Shown piece by piece: positions 24,397-37,881 of a DNA stretch of 64,000 nucleotides (positions are counted from its first letter, which is position 1; every line of letters begins with the position of its first letter). Both the position numbers and the translations under genes were made by a program. The DNA comes from Felis catus (lineage: Eukaryota), in the NCBI RefSeq assembly GCF_018350175.1, contig NC_058368.1, positions 154,630,001 to 154,694,000 of the forward strand, written 5' to 3'. The notes beneath the pieces are model-generated. The model saw nothing but the letters and a program-made list of their open reading frames with translations, did not search any database and was not told the DNA's origin.

Positions 24397-25899
24397 CTGG
24401 AACTTTTCAAAAGACTCATCATCAGGGTTATTTTTGCTGCTTTGTGACAGAAAAATATTGAACCATCAGTATTAGTGGAAAGAACATAGGTTGAAGAGAC
24501 CATAGAATTGATGGCTCGTTCCTTTGTAGAACTCATGTTCTTTGAATTGTTTTTCCTAAGAAAAATAAGGGAGGAGCTAACTTTCCATTTCCATATTAAA
24601 GGATGAAACAATAAAAGATAATTTAAAAATAAATTTGGAATTTTATCTTTTGAAAACCTTTAGAAATGGGACATAATTTCTTTTTATGGTCTGCACTAGT
24701 TAATGATGGAGGGTTTTACAATCACATGCAATGATGAAGAAGAGAAAGGAAGACTCAATCAGAATCCTTCTCTTCAATCACTCTACCTTTTTACAGCCAG
24801 TACCTATGTTGTATTCTCTTCATCTACCAGGGCCTGATAGCAGAAGTTGCAGATGGGGAAGTGGGGAAAAACAGATAAGTAAAGATGCTTGAATGGAGGT
24901 ACAGACAGTAGAGGATGTATTTTCTTGCCTGTAATGACACTGGCAGAGAAAATAGAGCAGGCGCCACCTTCATTTTTATCTGTCCCTCAAATAACTTTTG
25001 TCGATCTATCTTCACAGGGCAGAGGGACGAATTAAAGAGAATGCAGGATGGTAGTAATGGAGGCTGGACAAGATTTTGTTGGGGGTCAAGATATCAGCTT
25101 CAAAGAGCTTGCTCCTTTGCCCCCTTTTAAGATCTCTATTGTTCAAGACTAGTCAGTATCCCTGATAACAACTAGGTTAGTCATTTAAACCTTACCATTT
25201 AAGAGATATCTTCCTTCACTGCTGAATCACCACCGTGAACAAAAACAAAGTGTGCTATATACAGTAAAACCTTGGACTGTGAGCATAATTTGCTCTGGAA
25301 ATATGCTTGCAATCCAAAGCATTTGTATATATAACAAAGTGAATTTCAGGAACCATTGGCTCTGTCATGATCATATGACATTCGGCATCATGTACTACCC
25401 ATATTGCAAGACATTGCTCATTTATCAAGTTAAAATTAATTATAAATGTTTGCTCCTCCTGTGGAACACTCAAAGAACAAGTTACTCACAGTCCAAGGTT
25501 TTACTGTACATAGGGAGACATAGTAAATATGTTTAGAGGGAAACTCATATAGAATAGGCAGTTTTAATTGATCATCAGAGTTGGAAATAAAGACAGGAAA
25601 GAAAAAAAAATACCAGGAATATGAGGACTTTATTTTAATAACTACAAATTGGAGATGTGGTTAGCTATTTAACAAGTTCTATTATAAACAGAAAAACCTA
25701 ACAGAAACAGATTTTGAAGCATAATGTGACAAATAGACAGCACTCTGGAAAATTTAGGGATTTGTGGATTTAAATTATAGAATGTTACAAATGATCCAAC
25801 TGGGTCCATTACTCAAACAAAGAAATTGAGCCCAAGAAAACACAGTCCTATAATGAGGCAGTACCAGAGCTGAAAATACTTACTGCACCACCTATCCTA

Positions 25900-26117
25900 T
25901 TTTTAATTTTTTAATGTTTATTTACTTTTGGGACAGAAAGACACACACAGCGTGTGAGCAGGGGAGGGGCAGAGAGAGGGGGCGGACACAGAATCTGAAG
26001 CAGTCTCCAGGCTCTGAGCTGTCAGCATAGAGCCCAGCGTGGGGCTCAAAATCACCAACTGCGAGATCATGACCTGAGCCAAAGTGGGTCACTTAACAGA
26101 CTGAGCCGCCCCAACAA
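25900..26117 (-). mobile_element. Can-SINE with degenerate 5' end
   Basis: Reverse body; 18-bp TSD ACTGCACCACCTATCCTA / ACTGCACTACCTATCCTA. Confidence 0.93.
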
Positions 26118-26829
26118 ACTGCACTACCTATCCTAAAGCTTAGTCCACCACATCATAGTATCTATTTGTATACTTTACTCTGTATTGCCTGGATTGGGTC
26201 AAAATAATGACCTTTGCTTTGGAATGAAAATTTAACCATGTTAGATATTAAATAAAATATCAATAATAATGCATTCCATGTTAATACATACTTTTCATTT
26301 TTTTGAACTTGTTAATGAGTTATTTTTCTAAAGTTTAATGTTTTCAGAAATTAGTTACTTACAGTCTTAAATCCCCTAAACATTACCAAGTGACTTTTGA
26401 AAGCAAAACAGAAACCAGAAATAATTTACTTTGTTATATAGGGTACTTCTGTGTTAATTAGAAAGAGTTTTGAATTTGGAAAAAATTTAATTTTTTACTT
26501 CGAAGGTACTCTATATGTATAGTAAGTGTACCATAAGTAATTCAGGAGCAAAACAAAACAAAACAAAACAAAACAAAAACAAAAAAAATGGGGCTCTCTC
26601 ATTCCTAGAATTGCCAAATAATATTGAAAATGTCCAGTTTTCAACAACAACAACAATAAAATTAAGAGACATGCAAAGAAAACAGGAAAGTGTGGCTCAT
26701 AAGAGGAAAAGACAATCAATGGAAATTGTCCGAAAGAAGCTGAAACATTAGGTTTCCTAGACAAAAAGATTTTACATGGGGTATTTTAAATATGTTCAAA
26801 ACCTAAAGGAAATCATGTCTAAAGAATTA

Positions 26830-27050
26830 GGGGCACCTGGGTGGCTCAATTAGTTAAGTGTCCAACTTTGGCTCAGGGCATGATCTTACGGTTTGTGGGT
26901 TTGAGCCCTATGTCAGGCTCTGTGCTGACAGCTCAGAGCCTGGAGCCTGCTTTGGATTGTTTATCTCTGTCCCTCTGCCCCTCCACCACTTGTGCTCTGT
27001 CTCTGTCTCTCTTTCAAAAATAAAATAAAACACTAAAAAATTAAAAAAAA
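26830..27050 (+). mobile_element. Can-SINE nested in L1
   Basis: GGGGCACCTGGGTGGCTCAATTAGTTAAG...; TSD-like AAAGAATTA / AAACAATTA. Confidence 0.95.
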
Positions 27051-27320
27051 AAACAATTAAAGTATGAGATGCCATCTCAGCAATTAGAGATATTAAAAAT
27101 GAATACACACACACACACACACAGAGGGAGAGAGAGAGAATTTTCTTTATACAGTTAAAAAGTACAAGTGAAATGAAAAATTCACGAGAGTAGCTGAATA
27201 CAGACTGAAGCCTGATGAAAAATTAATCAGTGAAATTGAAGACAGGTCAGTTGAAATTATGCCAGTTGAAATTACGCCATTTCAGGAACTGAGGAAAGAA
27301 TTTTTAAAAAGAATTGAGTC

Positions 27321-27541
27321 AGAGCACCTGGGTGCCTCAGTTGGTTAAGCATCTGACGTAGGCTCAGGTCATGATCTCGTGGTTTGTGCGTTTAAGCCCC
27401 GTGTCAGGCTCTGTGCTGACAGCTCAGAGCCTGGAGCCTGCTTCAGATTCTGTGTCTCCCTCTCTCTGCCCCTCCTTGGCTTGCACTTTCTCTCTCTTTC
27501 TCTCTCTCTCTCCCTCTCTCTCTCAAGAATAAATAAACATT
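27321..27541 (+). mobile_element. Can-SINE nested in L1
   Basis: SINE body; TSD core GAATTGAGTC on both sides. Confidence 0.95.
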
Positions 27542-28547
27542 AAAAATGAATTGAGTCTAAGATATCTGCGGGACACCATTAAGCATAACAATAAACACAT
27601 AATTCAAATCTCAAAAACGGAGGGAGAGAAAAGGGAACACACAGAGTATTTGAAAAAATAATGTCTGAAAACTCAAATCTGATGAAAACAATCTACACAT
27701 CCAAAAGTTTCAACAAACTGCAAGTAGGATAAATTCAAAGAAAGCCAAATCTATATACAGCACAAGCAAACTGATAAAAGACAAAAACAAAAAGAGAATC
27801 TTGATATCTTGATAGTAAGATAAAAGTGATATCACATAGAAGGATCCTCAGTACGATTAAAAGCTGATTTCTCACCTGAGACTATAGTCTAGAAAAAAAT
27901 GGAATGACATAGCAAAGTGCTAAAAGAAACATAAATTCAAACATCCTGATGATAAATAATTCTATACCCAGCAAAACTCTTTTTCAAAAATGAGATAGGA
28001 ATTTAGACACTCTCAGATAAACTAAAACTGAGTTCATTGCTAACATATCTATGCTACAAGGAATTCTTCAGACTGAAATGAAAGGACAATAGACAGTAAC
28101 TTGAATCCAGAAATAAATTAAAAAAAAGAAAAGAAATTTTATAAACTGATAAAGGAAATAACTCAGGTAAATATAAAAGACATAATGATATTTTTTGTTT
28201 GTAAATCTTTCTTTTACCTATGTGACTTAAAACAGAACTGCATAGATCATAATTTTACATCTGTCTTCTTTGGCACAAAAATATATAAAGGGATAATTTG
28301 TAACAATAACAACTTAAAGGGGACAGGAGAACAGAGTCATATAGGAGCAAATTGTATACTATTGAAATTAATGTAGTATTAATATGAACTGATTATTACA
28401 AATTAAAATGTTTATTGTAATCACTAGGGCAACAAAAAGAAAATAACTAAAATACATATTAAAGATATGGCAAAGAAATTAAAATGGTACAATAAAATAA
28501 ATTGAAAAGTAAAAGATGAAAAAGATATTCCACGCATACAGTAACCA

Positions 28548-28605
28548 AAAAATAAATAAATAAATAAATAAATTGATTAATTAATTAATTAATTAATTAA
28601 AATAA
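28548..28605 (+). repeat. (TAAA)n/(TAAT)n simple repeat within L1
   Basis: AATAAATAAATAAATAAATAAATTGATTAATTAATTAATT... Confidence 0.85.
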
Positions 28606-28668
28606 AAAAGCTGGAGTGGCTAAACAAATAAAAGAAAAACGGACTGTAAGATAAAATTTGTCAGTAGA

Positions 28669-28884
28669 GGAGTGCCTGGGTGGCTCAGTCAGTTGAGCAT
28701 CCAGCTTCAGCTCAGGTCATGATCTCACGGTTTGTGATTTTGAGCCCCACGTCAGGCTCTGTGCTGACAGGTCAGAGCCTGAAGCCTGTGTCAGATTCTG
28801 TGTCTCCCTCTCTCTCTGCTCCTCCCCTGCTCGTGTTCTGTCTCTCTCTCTGTCTCAAAAATAAATAAACATTAAAAAATTAAA
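28669..28884 (+). mobile_element. Can-SINE nested in L1
   Basis: SINE body; TSD TTGTCAGTAGA / TTGTCAATAGA. Confidence 0.95.
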
Positions 28885-29020
28885 AAAAATTGTCAATAGA
28901 AACAAAGAAGGCTATCATATAATGAAATAAAGGTCAATCCATAGAGAAGATATAACAATAATAAATATATATGCACCTAACAACCAAACCCCAAAATATA
29001 CAAAACAAAAAAATGACTTG

Positions 29021-29220
29021 GAGGAGCACCTAGATGACTCAGTCAGTTAAGCTTCTGACTTCCTCTCAGATCATGATCTCACAGTTTGTGAGATCACGGT
29101 TTGAGCTCCACGGTGGGCTCTGTGTGGACAGCTCAGAGCCTGGAACCTGCTTCAGCTTCTGTGTCTCCCTCTGTCTCAGACCCACCTCTACTTGCAAAAA
29201 TGAATAAATGTTAAAAAAAA
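29021..29220 (+). mobile_element. Diverged Can-SINE nested in L1, no visible TSD
   Basis: GGAGCACCTAGATGACTCAGTCAGTTAAG...GCTCAGAGCCTGGAACCTGCTTCAG; small internal duplication. Confidence 0.9.
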
Positions 29221-30909
29221 TAATAATAGTAATAGTTCGAGATGTTAACATTTAACTTTCAAAGAAAGCTAGAACTAGACATACGATCAATAAGTAAATA
29301 AAGGACTTTAACAATAGTGTAAGCTTAAAAGACCTATTGGTGAAAACCAAACAGATCCAACCTAATAGACAAGTAGACATCTATAGAACATTCTACCCAA
29401 CAAAGGCAGAATTCACATTCTCCTCAAGAGCACATGGAGCATTTTCCAGGAATGATGATAAGGTAGGGCACAAAACAAGATTCAATAAATGTAATACGAT
29501 TGAAATTGTAGAAGTATGTTCTACAATCAAAATGAAATTAAACTAAAAATCAGTAACAAAATGGAAAACGAAAAATTCACAATTATGTGGAAATTAAACA
29601 ACATGTTCTCAAATAAAAAATGAGTCCAAGAGGAAATCACAAGAGAAATCAGAAAATACTTGAGATTAATGAGAATAAAAATACAAAATACCAAAACTTA
29701 TAGGATGCAGAACAGTCCTTCAAGAAAAACAAGTAACTTTACATACCTACATTAATAAAAAAGAAATATTTCAAATCAATCTTCCATCTTAGGAAATTGG
29801 GAAAAAAAGGAGACAAACTAAACTCAAAACAAGCAGGAAGGAAATAATAAAGACTAGAGTGGAAATAACTGAAATAAGAAATTTAAAATTGAGAAATCAA
29901 TGAAAACAAATGGACAAACCTATGAATATGCTTACTGATGAAGAATAGAGAAGATTTCTAATATCAGAAATGACAGTGGTAACATTACTTCTTACTTCAC
30001 AGAAATAGAAATGGTTGCAAGAAACTACTATGAATGAATGTATTTCAACCAATTAGGTAATGTGGATGAAATGCACAAATTCTTAGAAACACAGAACCTA
30101 CCAAAACTGATTCAAGAAGAAATAGAGAACCTGGGTAGAACTATTACAAACAAAAAGATTTAGTAATCAAAAATTTACTAACAACAACAACCACAAAAAC
30201 CCAGAGCCAAATAATTTCACTGGTGTATTATACCAAAGATTTTTAAAAATAATTGACATCAATTCTTTTCAAACTCCTCCAAAAAAATCAAAGAAAAAAA
30301 TGTTACTGAACTGATTCTGTGAGGGCAGTGTTACACTAATTCTAAAGTCAGACAAAGGTATCACAAGAGAACTACCAACCAATAGTTTTATGAATATAGG
30401 TAAAATACTAACAACTAGAATTCAGCAGTATATAAAAAGGATGATATTACTAAGTGGAATATATCCCAGGAATGCAAGATTTTTTGAACATATTAAAATT
30501 AAGCAATATCATATACCATACTAAAAGAATAAACACACACTCACACACACACACACACAATCATCTCAATAGACACAGAAAGAAAAAGCATTTGACAAAA
30601 CCCAACACAAATTCAGAATAAAATACTCAACAAATTAGGAATACAAAGATATATCCTTAACCTGATAAAACATATCTATGAAAAAAACCACAGCTAACAT
30701 CATACTTAATGATAAAGGTCTGTAAACTTTCCCTCTAAGGTAAGGACACAGACAAGGATATATATTTTCATCACTTTTTTCAATACTGTACAGAATTTCT
30801 GTCTAGGGCATTTAGGTAAGGGAAAAAAATGAAATCATCCAGGTTGGAAAGAAAGAAGTAAAACCATTTATTTGCACATGGAATAATCTCATATATAAAA
30901 GACACTAAA

Positions 30910-31833
30910 AGGGGTTATTATCCAAAATATATGAAGAACTTATACACCTCAACACCCAAAAAGCAAATAATCCAATTAAAACATGGGCAGAAGACATGAA
31001 CAAACATTTCTCCAAGGAAATGACCAACAGACACATGAAACGATGCTCAACATCACTCATCATCAGAGAAATGAAAATCAGAACCATAATGAGATGGCAT
31101 TTCATTTGTCACAATGGCTAAAATCAAAAACATAAGAAATAAATTTTGACAAGAATGTAAAGAAAAAGGAACCCTAGTGCACTGTTGGTGGTAATGCCAA
31201 ATGCTGTAGTCACTAAAGGAAACAGTATGGAGTTTTCTAAAAAACAAAATAACTAGAATTATCATATGATCCAGTAATTCCACTACTGGGTGTTTACCCA
31301 AAGAATATTAAAATGCTAATTCAAAAAAGATACATGCACTACTATGTTTATCACAGCATTATTTACAATAGCCAAAATATGGAAACAACCCAAGGGTCCA
31401 TCTATAGATAAATGGATAGGAAAATATGGCTATGTGCACAATAGAATATTACTCAGCCATAAAAAAGAATGAAGTCTTGCCATTTACAACAACATGGATG
31501 GATGTAGAGAGTATAACGCTAAGAGAAATAAGTTAGAGAAAGACAAATACTACATGATGTCACTCACATGTGGAATCTAAGAAACAAATGAACTGTCAAA
31601 GGAAAAAAGAGTCGAGCCAAAAAAAACAGGATTGTTAAATATAGAGAACTAATGATTATCAGAGGGGAGGTGAGTGGGGGATGGGTAAAATAGGTGAAGG
31701 GGATTAAGAGTACAGGAACGGTGATGAGCAATGAGTAATGGATAGAATTGTTGAATCACTATATTGTACACCTGAAACTATATAACTCTGTATGTTAGTT
31801 ATACTGGAATTTAAAAAAATTTTTAAAAACTTT
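30910..31833 (+). mobile_element. Younger carnivore-type L1 3' fragment inserted into the old L1 ORF2
   Basis: GGGGTTATTATCCAAAATATATGAAGAACT...TGTTGAATCACTATATTGTACACCTGAAACTA and A-rich tail; host ORF2 resumes afterwards (AATGAGTTCAGCAAAGTTACAAG); TSD-like AAAAGACACTAAA / AAAAAACACCAAA. Confidence 0.9.
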
Positions 31834-31848
31834 AAAAAACACCAAATA

Positions 31849-31850
<2 letters not shown>

Positions 31851-31886
<36 letters not shown>
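31851..31886 (+). repeat. (AC)n microsatellite
   Basis: Perfect AC run. Confidence 0.95.
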
Positions 31887-31890
<4 letters not shown>

Positions 31891-33899
31891 AGAGCTTCAG
31901 AGCTGGCAAATGAGTTCAGCAAAGTTACAAGCTGTCAAATTAACCTACAAAATTTCAACTATATTTCTATATATTAGTCGTAAACAATTTGCAAATGAAA
32001 TTAAAAACAATTCTAATCTTAATAGTATCAAAAAATAATATACTTAGTAAAAAAAATTAACCAATGAAGTGTAAGATTTGTATGCTAAAAACTATGAAAC
32101 AAAGGATGAAATGAATCAAAGAGGATTTACAAGAATGGAAATATGTCCTTGGTTAATGGGTCAGAAGACTTAATATCAATAAGATGGCAATACTCAAATT
32201 GACGTACAGCTTCAGTGTTATCCCTATCAGAATTCCAGGTTGATTTTTTTTTTTAAGAAAAGGATATGCTGACCCTAAAATTTATAATGAAATGAAAGGG
32301 ACTTCAGAGAGCAACAACCATCTTGAATAATAAGTATAAGGTTGGAGGACTTACATTCTTCCATTTTAAAAGTTACTACAAAACTACAGTGATTAATACA
32401 ATGTGGTACTGGCAAAAGCTAAATATATAGATCAAGGGGATAAAATTGAGAGCTGAGAAATAAACCCATTCATCTATGGTCAATCCATTGTTTTACAGTC
32501 AATTTTTTTTTACAGATATACCAAGAGTATTCAATGGAAAAATATAGTATTTTCAACAAATAGTAATGGATATTCACATGCAAAAGAATGAATTTGGACT
32601 GCTCACACAAGGTACACAAATTAACTCAGAAAGAATCATAAACATAAACGTAAGAGCTAATGCTATAAAAGTCTTAGAAGGATTCATAGGTATAAATCAT
32701 GCATAGGTATAAATCTGCATAGGTATAAATCTGCATGAAGTTGGATTTATCAGGTGTTTCTTAAATATGACACCAAAAGCAAAAAAACAAAAAATAGATC
32801 ATATGAACTTTATCTAAATATAAAAATGTTGTGCTTCAGAGGACACTATCAATAAAATAGAAAGACAGCTACATAATTGATAAAAATACTTGCAAATCGT
32901 GTATCTGATAAGGATCTAGTTACCTAGAATATAAAGATAATTCTTTATATTATAAAGAATATTATAGATATAATATAATCAAATAATTAATATAATAAAG
33001 AATTATAAAGAGAAATACAAAACTGGCAAAAGACTTGAATAGACCATTACCCCATTGAAGGTATACAAATGGCCAAAAAACAGGTGAAGAAGATTCCCAA
33101 AATTATTCATCATTAGGCAAATGCAGATCAAAACCACAGTGAAATGCCACTTCACACCCAGAAGGATGTCCATTTAAAATATATATATACAGAGAGATAG
33201 AAGGTAAAATAACAAGACTTGGTGAGGATGTGGAGAAATTGGAACCACATATAATGCTGGTAGAAATATAAAATGGTGCAGCTGTGGAAACAGTTTGGCA
33301 ATTCCTCGAAAAGCTAAATACAGGGTTACGGCAAGCCACAGCTATTCCACCTTTAGGTCTACAACTAAGACAATTGGAAACATATTTACACAAGAACTTG
33401 TACACAAATTTTCATAGGAGGATTATTCATAATATCCCCAAACTGGAAACAATTCCCATGTGCATCAACTAATGAATGGATAAACAAACGTGTTATATCC
33501 TTACAGTGGAATATTATTTGGCAGTAGAAAGATGCTACAAAATGGATGAACCTTAAAAATATTATGCTAATGAAAGAAGCCAGACTCAAAAGATTGACTA
33601 CTGTTTGATTCTTCTTATACGAAATTTCCAGAATGGGCAAATCCATAAAGATAGAAAGTAGATTAATGTTTGCCCAGGGGTGAAAAGGAAATATGAGTCA
33701 GGGGTCACTGTTAACAGATACAGTATATCTTTTAAGGGTAGTGGCAATGTTCTGGAATGAGACAGTGGTGATGGTTGTACGTCACTACATATATACTAAA
33801 AACCACTCAAGTGTATACTTTACACAGTGAATTCCACATTATGTGATTTTTTTCTCAAAAAGATTGAAAAAGAAAAAAAAATATTAAAAAAAAAGAATC

Positions 33900-34056
33900 A
33901 TGACACCTCCTTCAACCTGGATTGCCAAGTGACCATGAAAATCAAAACTTTCCTGTAAACCACATGGAGCATAAGGGAGAAATGAATTTTGTTGTTCTGA
34001 TCCACTGAAATTTGTGATTGTTACCACAGCATACACTAGCCTGTCTTAATGATACA
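33900..34056 (+). mobile_element. MLT1-type (ERVL-MaLR) LTR 3' fragment
   Basis: Ends CCACTGAAATTTGTGATTGTTACCACAGCATACACTAGCCTGTCTTAATGATACA, typical of an MLT1 terminus. Confidence 0.55.
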
Positions 34057-34243
34057 GCCAATAAAGAATTCCTGTATTTAACTACCAATTAAGTTAGAAA
34101 ATCCATACCCTCTCAGAATCTCAAGACAAAGTTCAATCATCCCAAATTTATTGGATTACATATTTCTGTAGCAAGACAATCTTGGTTTGATATAAATTTC
34201 TGTATGTCACTGAACATATATAGCTATTTGAAAGTGCCATGAA

Positions 34244-34446
34244 GGGGCGCCTGGGTGGCGCAGTCGGTTAAGCATCCGACTTCAGCCAGGTCACGAGCTC
34301 GCACTCCGTGAGTTCGAGCCCCGTGTCGCGCTCTGGGCTGATGGCTCAGAGCCTGGAGCCTGTTTCCCATTCTGTGTCTCCCTCTCTCTCTGCCCCTCCC
34401 CTGTTCATGCTCTGTCTCTCTCTGTCCCAAAAATAAATAAACGTTG
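34244..34446 (+). mobile_element. Young SINEC_Fc lacking a poly(A) tail
   Basis: CpG-rich body ends AATAAATAAACGTTG and runs directly into TSD (TTG)AAAGTGCCATGAA. Confidence 0.97.
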
Positions 34447-35269
34447 AAAGTGCCATGAAAACTAGTGATGACCTTAAAACATGAAAATACATAGCAAATA
34501 TCTGGAAAATAAATCTATCTGCAAATATTTGTTAAACATTTTCAAACATTTAGGGTTTTTTTTCTTTGAATTTACTTTTATCATTATCTTGGAAAGGAAA
34601 AGAGGAAAGATTAGACGTTGGGTAATTATGTTCTCATATGTCAAAAAAATTCCTTTTGCTATTTTGAAAATTAAACTTCTTTTAAAGAATTCTAATATCC
34701 TTAATATTGATGTATAAATGTCACTTTATCACATTTAAAGTGAATAAAAATTGGTCCAAATTGAAATTGCACAGGGGTGATGAAGAGTTACTGTATGTGC
34801 ATCTGCCAAACTTCAATTTTGGAAATCACTTTATGATTTCGAAATATATCCATTGTTTCCTATTTTCAAAAATCTTTATCAGTCAAAAGGAAGTCTATCT
34901 TTACAATACTTTTCCTTCCAATTTTCCTAAAATTATCATAGATGTAAGTGTTTATGTTAATTATATGAGGCTCACATGTTGACCATTCCATGTCTTAAAT
35001 TTCTCCCCTAAAACTCACAGGAAGATGTCTTCTCAGATTGTATGTAGGTAGACAAGGACTCTATGCCTAAAGACACTATATCCCAGAAAATCAAAATTAT
35101 GTTCAAGATGTCTTGATATATGCTTGCCAGGGTCACAATTTTCATTCCCATCAAATAGTGGTATTTTCTATACCTTCCATTACTATCCTAATGATTATCA
35201 TTGTGGTCATTCATGGGGCAAAGCAGTTGTAATGGTATATTTCAATATAAATGTATAAATAAATGAGCT

Positions 35270-35745
35270 TGCTTCACTCTCTTGCTTAAAACACTGCATT
35301 GTGGTTAGACTAATATCCACAAAACTTACTATGGTCTATCCGAACCTGCATGATCTGGTCTGCATATGCAACCACACCTCTCTCCAGAACCATCAGATAG
35401 ATTGTTCAAGCCTTAGGGGCTTCCTCTTGTGTAGTAAATTCTTACTTCCACTTGTGATTTCACATGGCTGGCTCCTTCTCACCATTGTGGCCTCATGTCA
35501 AATATCACTTCTAGACAGAGAGGACTTTCTCTAACTACACTAGCAAAAAAAAATTCTTATCTCTCTAAATAATATCATCCTGTTTTATCACCTTCATTAC
35601 ACTTATATACATTTCCTGGTTTATTTACTAGTTTATCTGTTTATTGTCCGTATGGCATCTAGAATGGGAGCTCTATGAGAGCAGATAATGTATACTCCGC
35701 ACTTAGATGCATGCTGACTTGTGGAGTGAATGAAATAAGTGAATA
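35270..35745 (+). mobile_element. L2 3' end
   Basis: CACTCTCTTGCTTAAAACAC...CTAGAATGGGAGCTCTATGAGAGCAG...GTGAATGAAATAAGTGAAT. Confidence 0.7.
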
Positions 35746-36719
35746 ATGCCTTGGATATCTGTGCATGCCACACCCCAAGTGATTTTTAATGCTTCCCATT
35801 CCCCTACCCAATGCATACATACCTTCACACTTAACTTTCCCCGAGTCTTTCAATAACTCCGTGAAACAGCTAATCTCAGACATTCTCAGAACAAAAGAGC
35901 TTCTGCAATCAAAGTCACTTCTAAAATGTATTAATAATCATTCATTTGCTATACATTGTTGTGCAAATAGTGATGGAAATCTGGTTTATCTGCCATAGGT
36001 TGCTGCAAGAAGTGTGCTTGCTTGCCTCGACCCCAGTGAACATTCTCCACACTCATCTAAGGGCAGAATTTGGCCATGTGTGGTTAGTTGATTACAACAA
36101 ACATATGGGGGAAATGGCTGAGAATGCTCAAATATTGAAACCATATGTTACTGCATGGGAAACTATGCCTTATTAAAAAACAAAACAAAAACTGAGAATT
36201 CAGCTAGAAACATACAGCTCAGAGCTCTTGCTTTCTGAGCTTAACCACTACTCAATTTATTAGACTGAAGACTTTTACACTGAACTCAATCTTAACATCA
36301 CAGAGTAGCTTAAAATTTTAACTTAGTTAAAATATTTTTTTTGACTACAGAAGATTACAAAAATCACACAGCTTGGAAAATTTGAAAATTCCTTAAAAAG
36401 TAAAAATATCTTGAATCCTAAGAGATTTTTAAAATTCTATTTTAAATGCCATGAAGACTTCATAGCTTTTCTATAATACTGCTTATATAAATGGAGTTTT
36501 AACTCCTTTTCTCAATTGATATCACTCCATCTTCATAGAGGAATCCATTCAGACAGGGAACATGAATGGCACACTTATGAGACATTAGTCTTATCATTAC
36601 AGATTAAGAGAATTAACACAAGAAGAGAATTAGCATCAGAAGTGATGTTGAGCATCACTAGAGGACCTCAGAGTAGACTCATATACATTCGCTTTTAAAT
36701 TTCAGATGAACCTCAGTCA

Positions 36720-36876
36720 CTGTCCTTCATCAGATCTAAGGTGTCATCATCAATTGTAAGATACACAATTACTAAGAAATAAAAATGCTGCCAACTTAAC
36801 AATGATCTAATACTCTCTTGATTTTCGGAGTTTAAAATATGAAAATCTATCCAAGTTGAAATCAATGAAGCATGCT
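36720..36876 (-). mobile_element. MER104-like Tc2/mariner MITE relic
   Basis: TTCATCAGATCTAAGGTGTCATCATCAATTGTAAGATACAC...ACTAAGAAATAAAAATGCTGCCAAC...AATCAATGAAGCATG with degenerate terminal inverted repeats. Confidence 0.65.
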
Positions 36877-37386
36877 AGTTATACCAACTTGAGTTTTGGC
36901 ATGATGTCCTACTATTCAGCACTGAATCCAAGGCACAGTAAGAAATTTGTTTTTCACACTTCCTTTCCCATTTGGTGCCTGTTCCCTTAGCTAAGGAGCT
37001 CGGTGCTCATTTTGTCCCCTTCTAAACCCTTCCCCACCCACATAAATGTCCCTGCCAGCAGTGAGTCCTTTCCCTGAGTTTTGCTTTCCAGAGAGAGGCA
37101 ATACTCCACATTCTTCTTTCCAATTCCCTCTCTTCTTCTTGTCACTGTCAGAAATTGGTCTTACAGATTACTTTGAGCTAGGGAATTTGATAATCAAAGA
37201 TAACTACATGATACCATTTTAATAATATTTGCATTTTAATGGTGAACTCCTTGACTCACGAATTTTAGCCCAAATAACTCAATCACCTACAGTAGATTTT
37301 GAAGCATAATTTCAGGTTATATTTTGAGACATAAAGACAGTTAATTCATGTAAATTATAGCCACATTTTGATTCACATGTGGAGGG

Positions 37387-37590
37387 AGGCAATATACTGT
37401 GGTAGAAAAAAGCACGAAGTCTGGGGTTTACTAAGACACTGTTTTAATAGCTCCTATGTAATCCAGAAGTTGCTTAATATTTCTTACTCTCATTTTCTCA
37501 TCAATGAATTAAAAATAATGATAAATACATTTCATAAATTTTATTAAAATTAATAAGATAAATATAAATTGTGCAAGAAAATTTCTAGCA
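37387..37590 (+). mobile_element. MIR relic
   Basis: AGGCAATATACTGTGGTAGAAAAAAGCAC...CTCATTTTCTCATCAATGAA (MIR core-like). Confidence 0.6.
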
Positions 37591-37690
37591 ATATGTTATA
37601 ATATGTAGTCATATAGTTATATATTATTTGATAGAAACAGACTACATATAATAGTATACTGCTGACACCTTAATCAAATTATCAAATTGG

Positions 37691-37881
37691 GGGGCACCTG
37701 GGGGGCTCAGTTGGTTAAGCATCCGACTTCGGCTCAGATCATGATCTCTAGGTTTGTGAATTCGTGTCATGCGTCAGGCTCTGTGCTGACAGCTCAGAGC
37801 CTGGAGCCTGCTCCAGATTCTGTGTTGCCCTCTCTCTCTAAAATAAATAAACATTAAAAAAAGTTTGTTTGTTTGTTTTTT
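37691..37881 (+). mobile_element. Can-SINE with shortened CT region
   Basis: SINE body; TSD AATTATCAAATTGG. Confidence 0.95.

Larger units (their letters stand above)
26600..33890 (+). mobile_element. Old, long, inactivated LINE-1 (L1MB-like 3' end) with nested insertions
   Basis: A-rich ORF1-like region ~26600-28150; ORF 29337-29546 translates DIYRTFYPTKAEFTFSSRAHGAFSR, resembling the L1 ORF2 endonuclease motif; RT-region DNA (CATCTCAATAGACACAGAAAG...GCATTTGACAAAA); 3'UTR and A-tail at ~33865-33895; many stops and frameshifts. Confidence 0.93.

Noticed and set aside
29337..33646. ORFs within the long L1
   Set aside because: Short remnants of disrupted ORF2 or antisense noise; no retrotransposition-competent element
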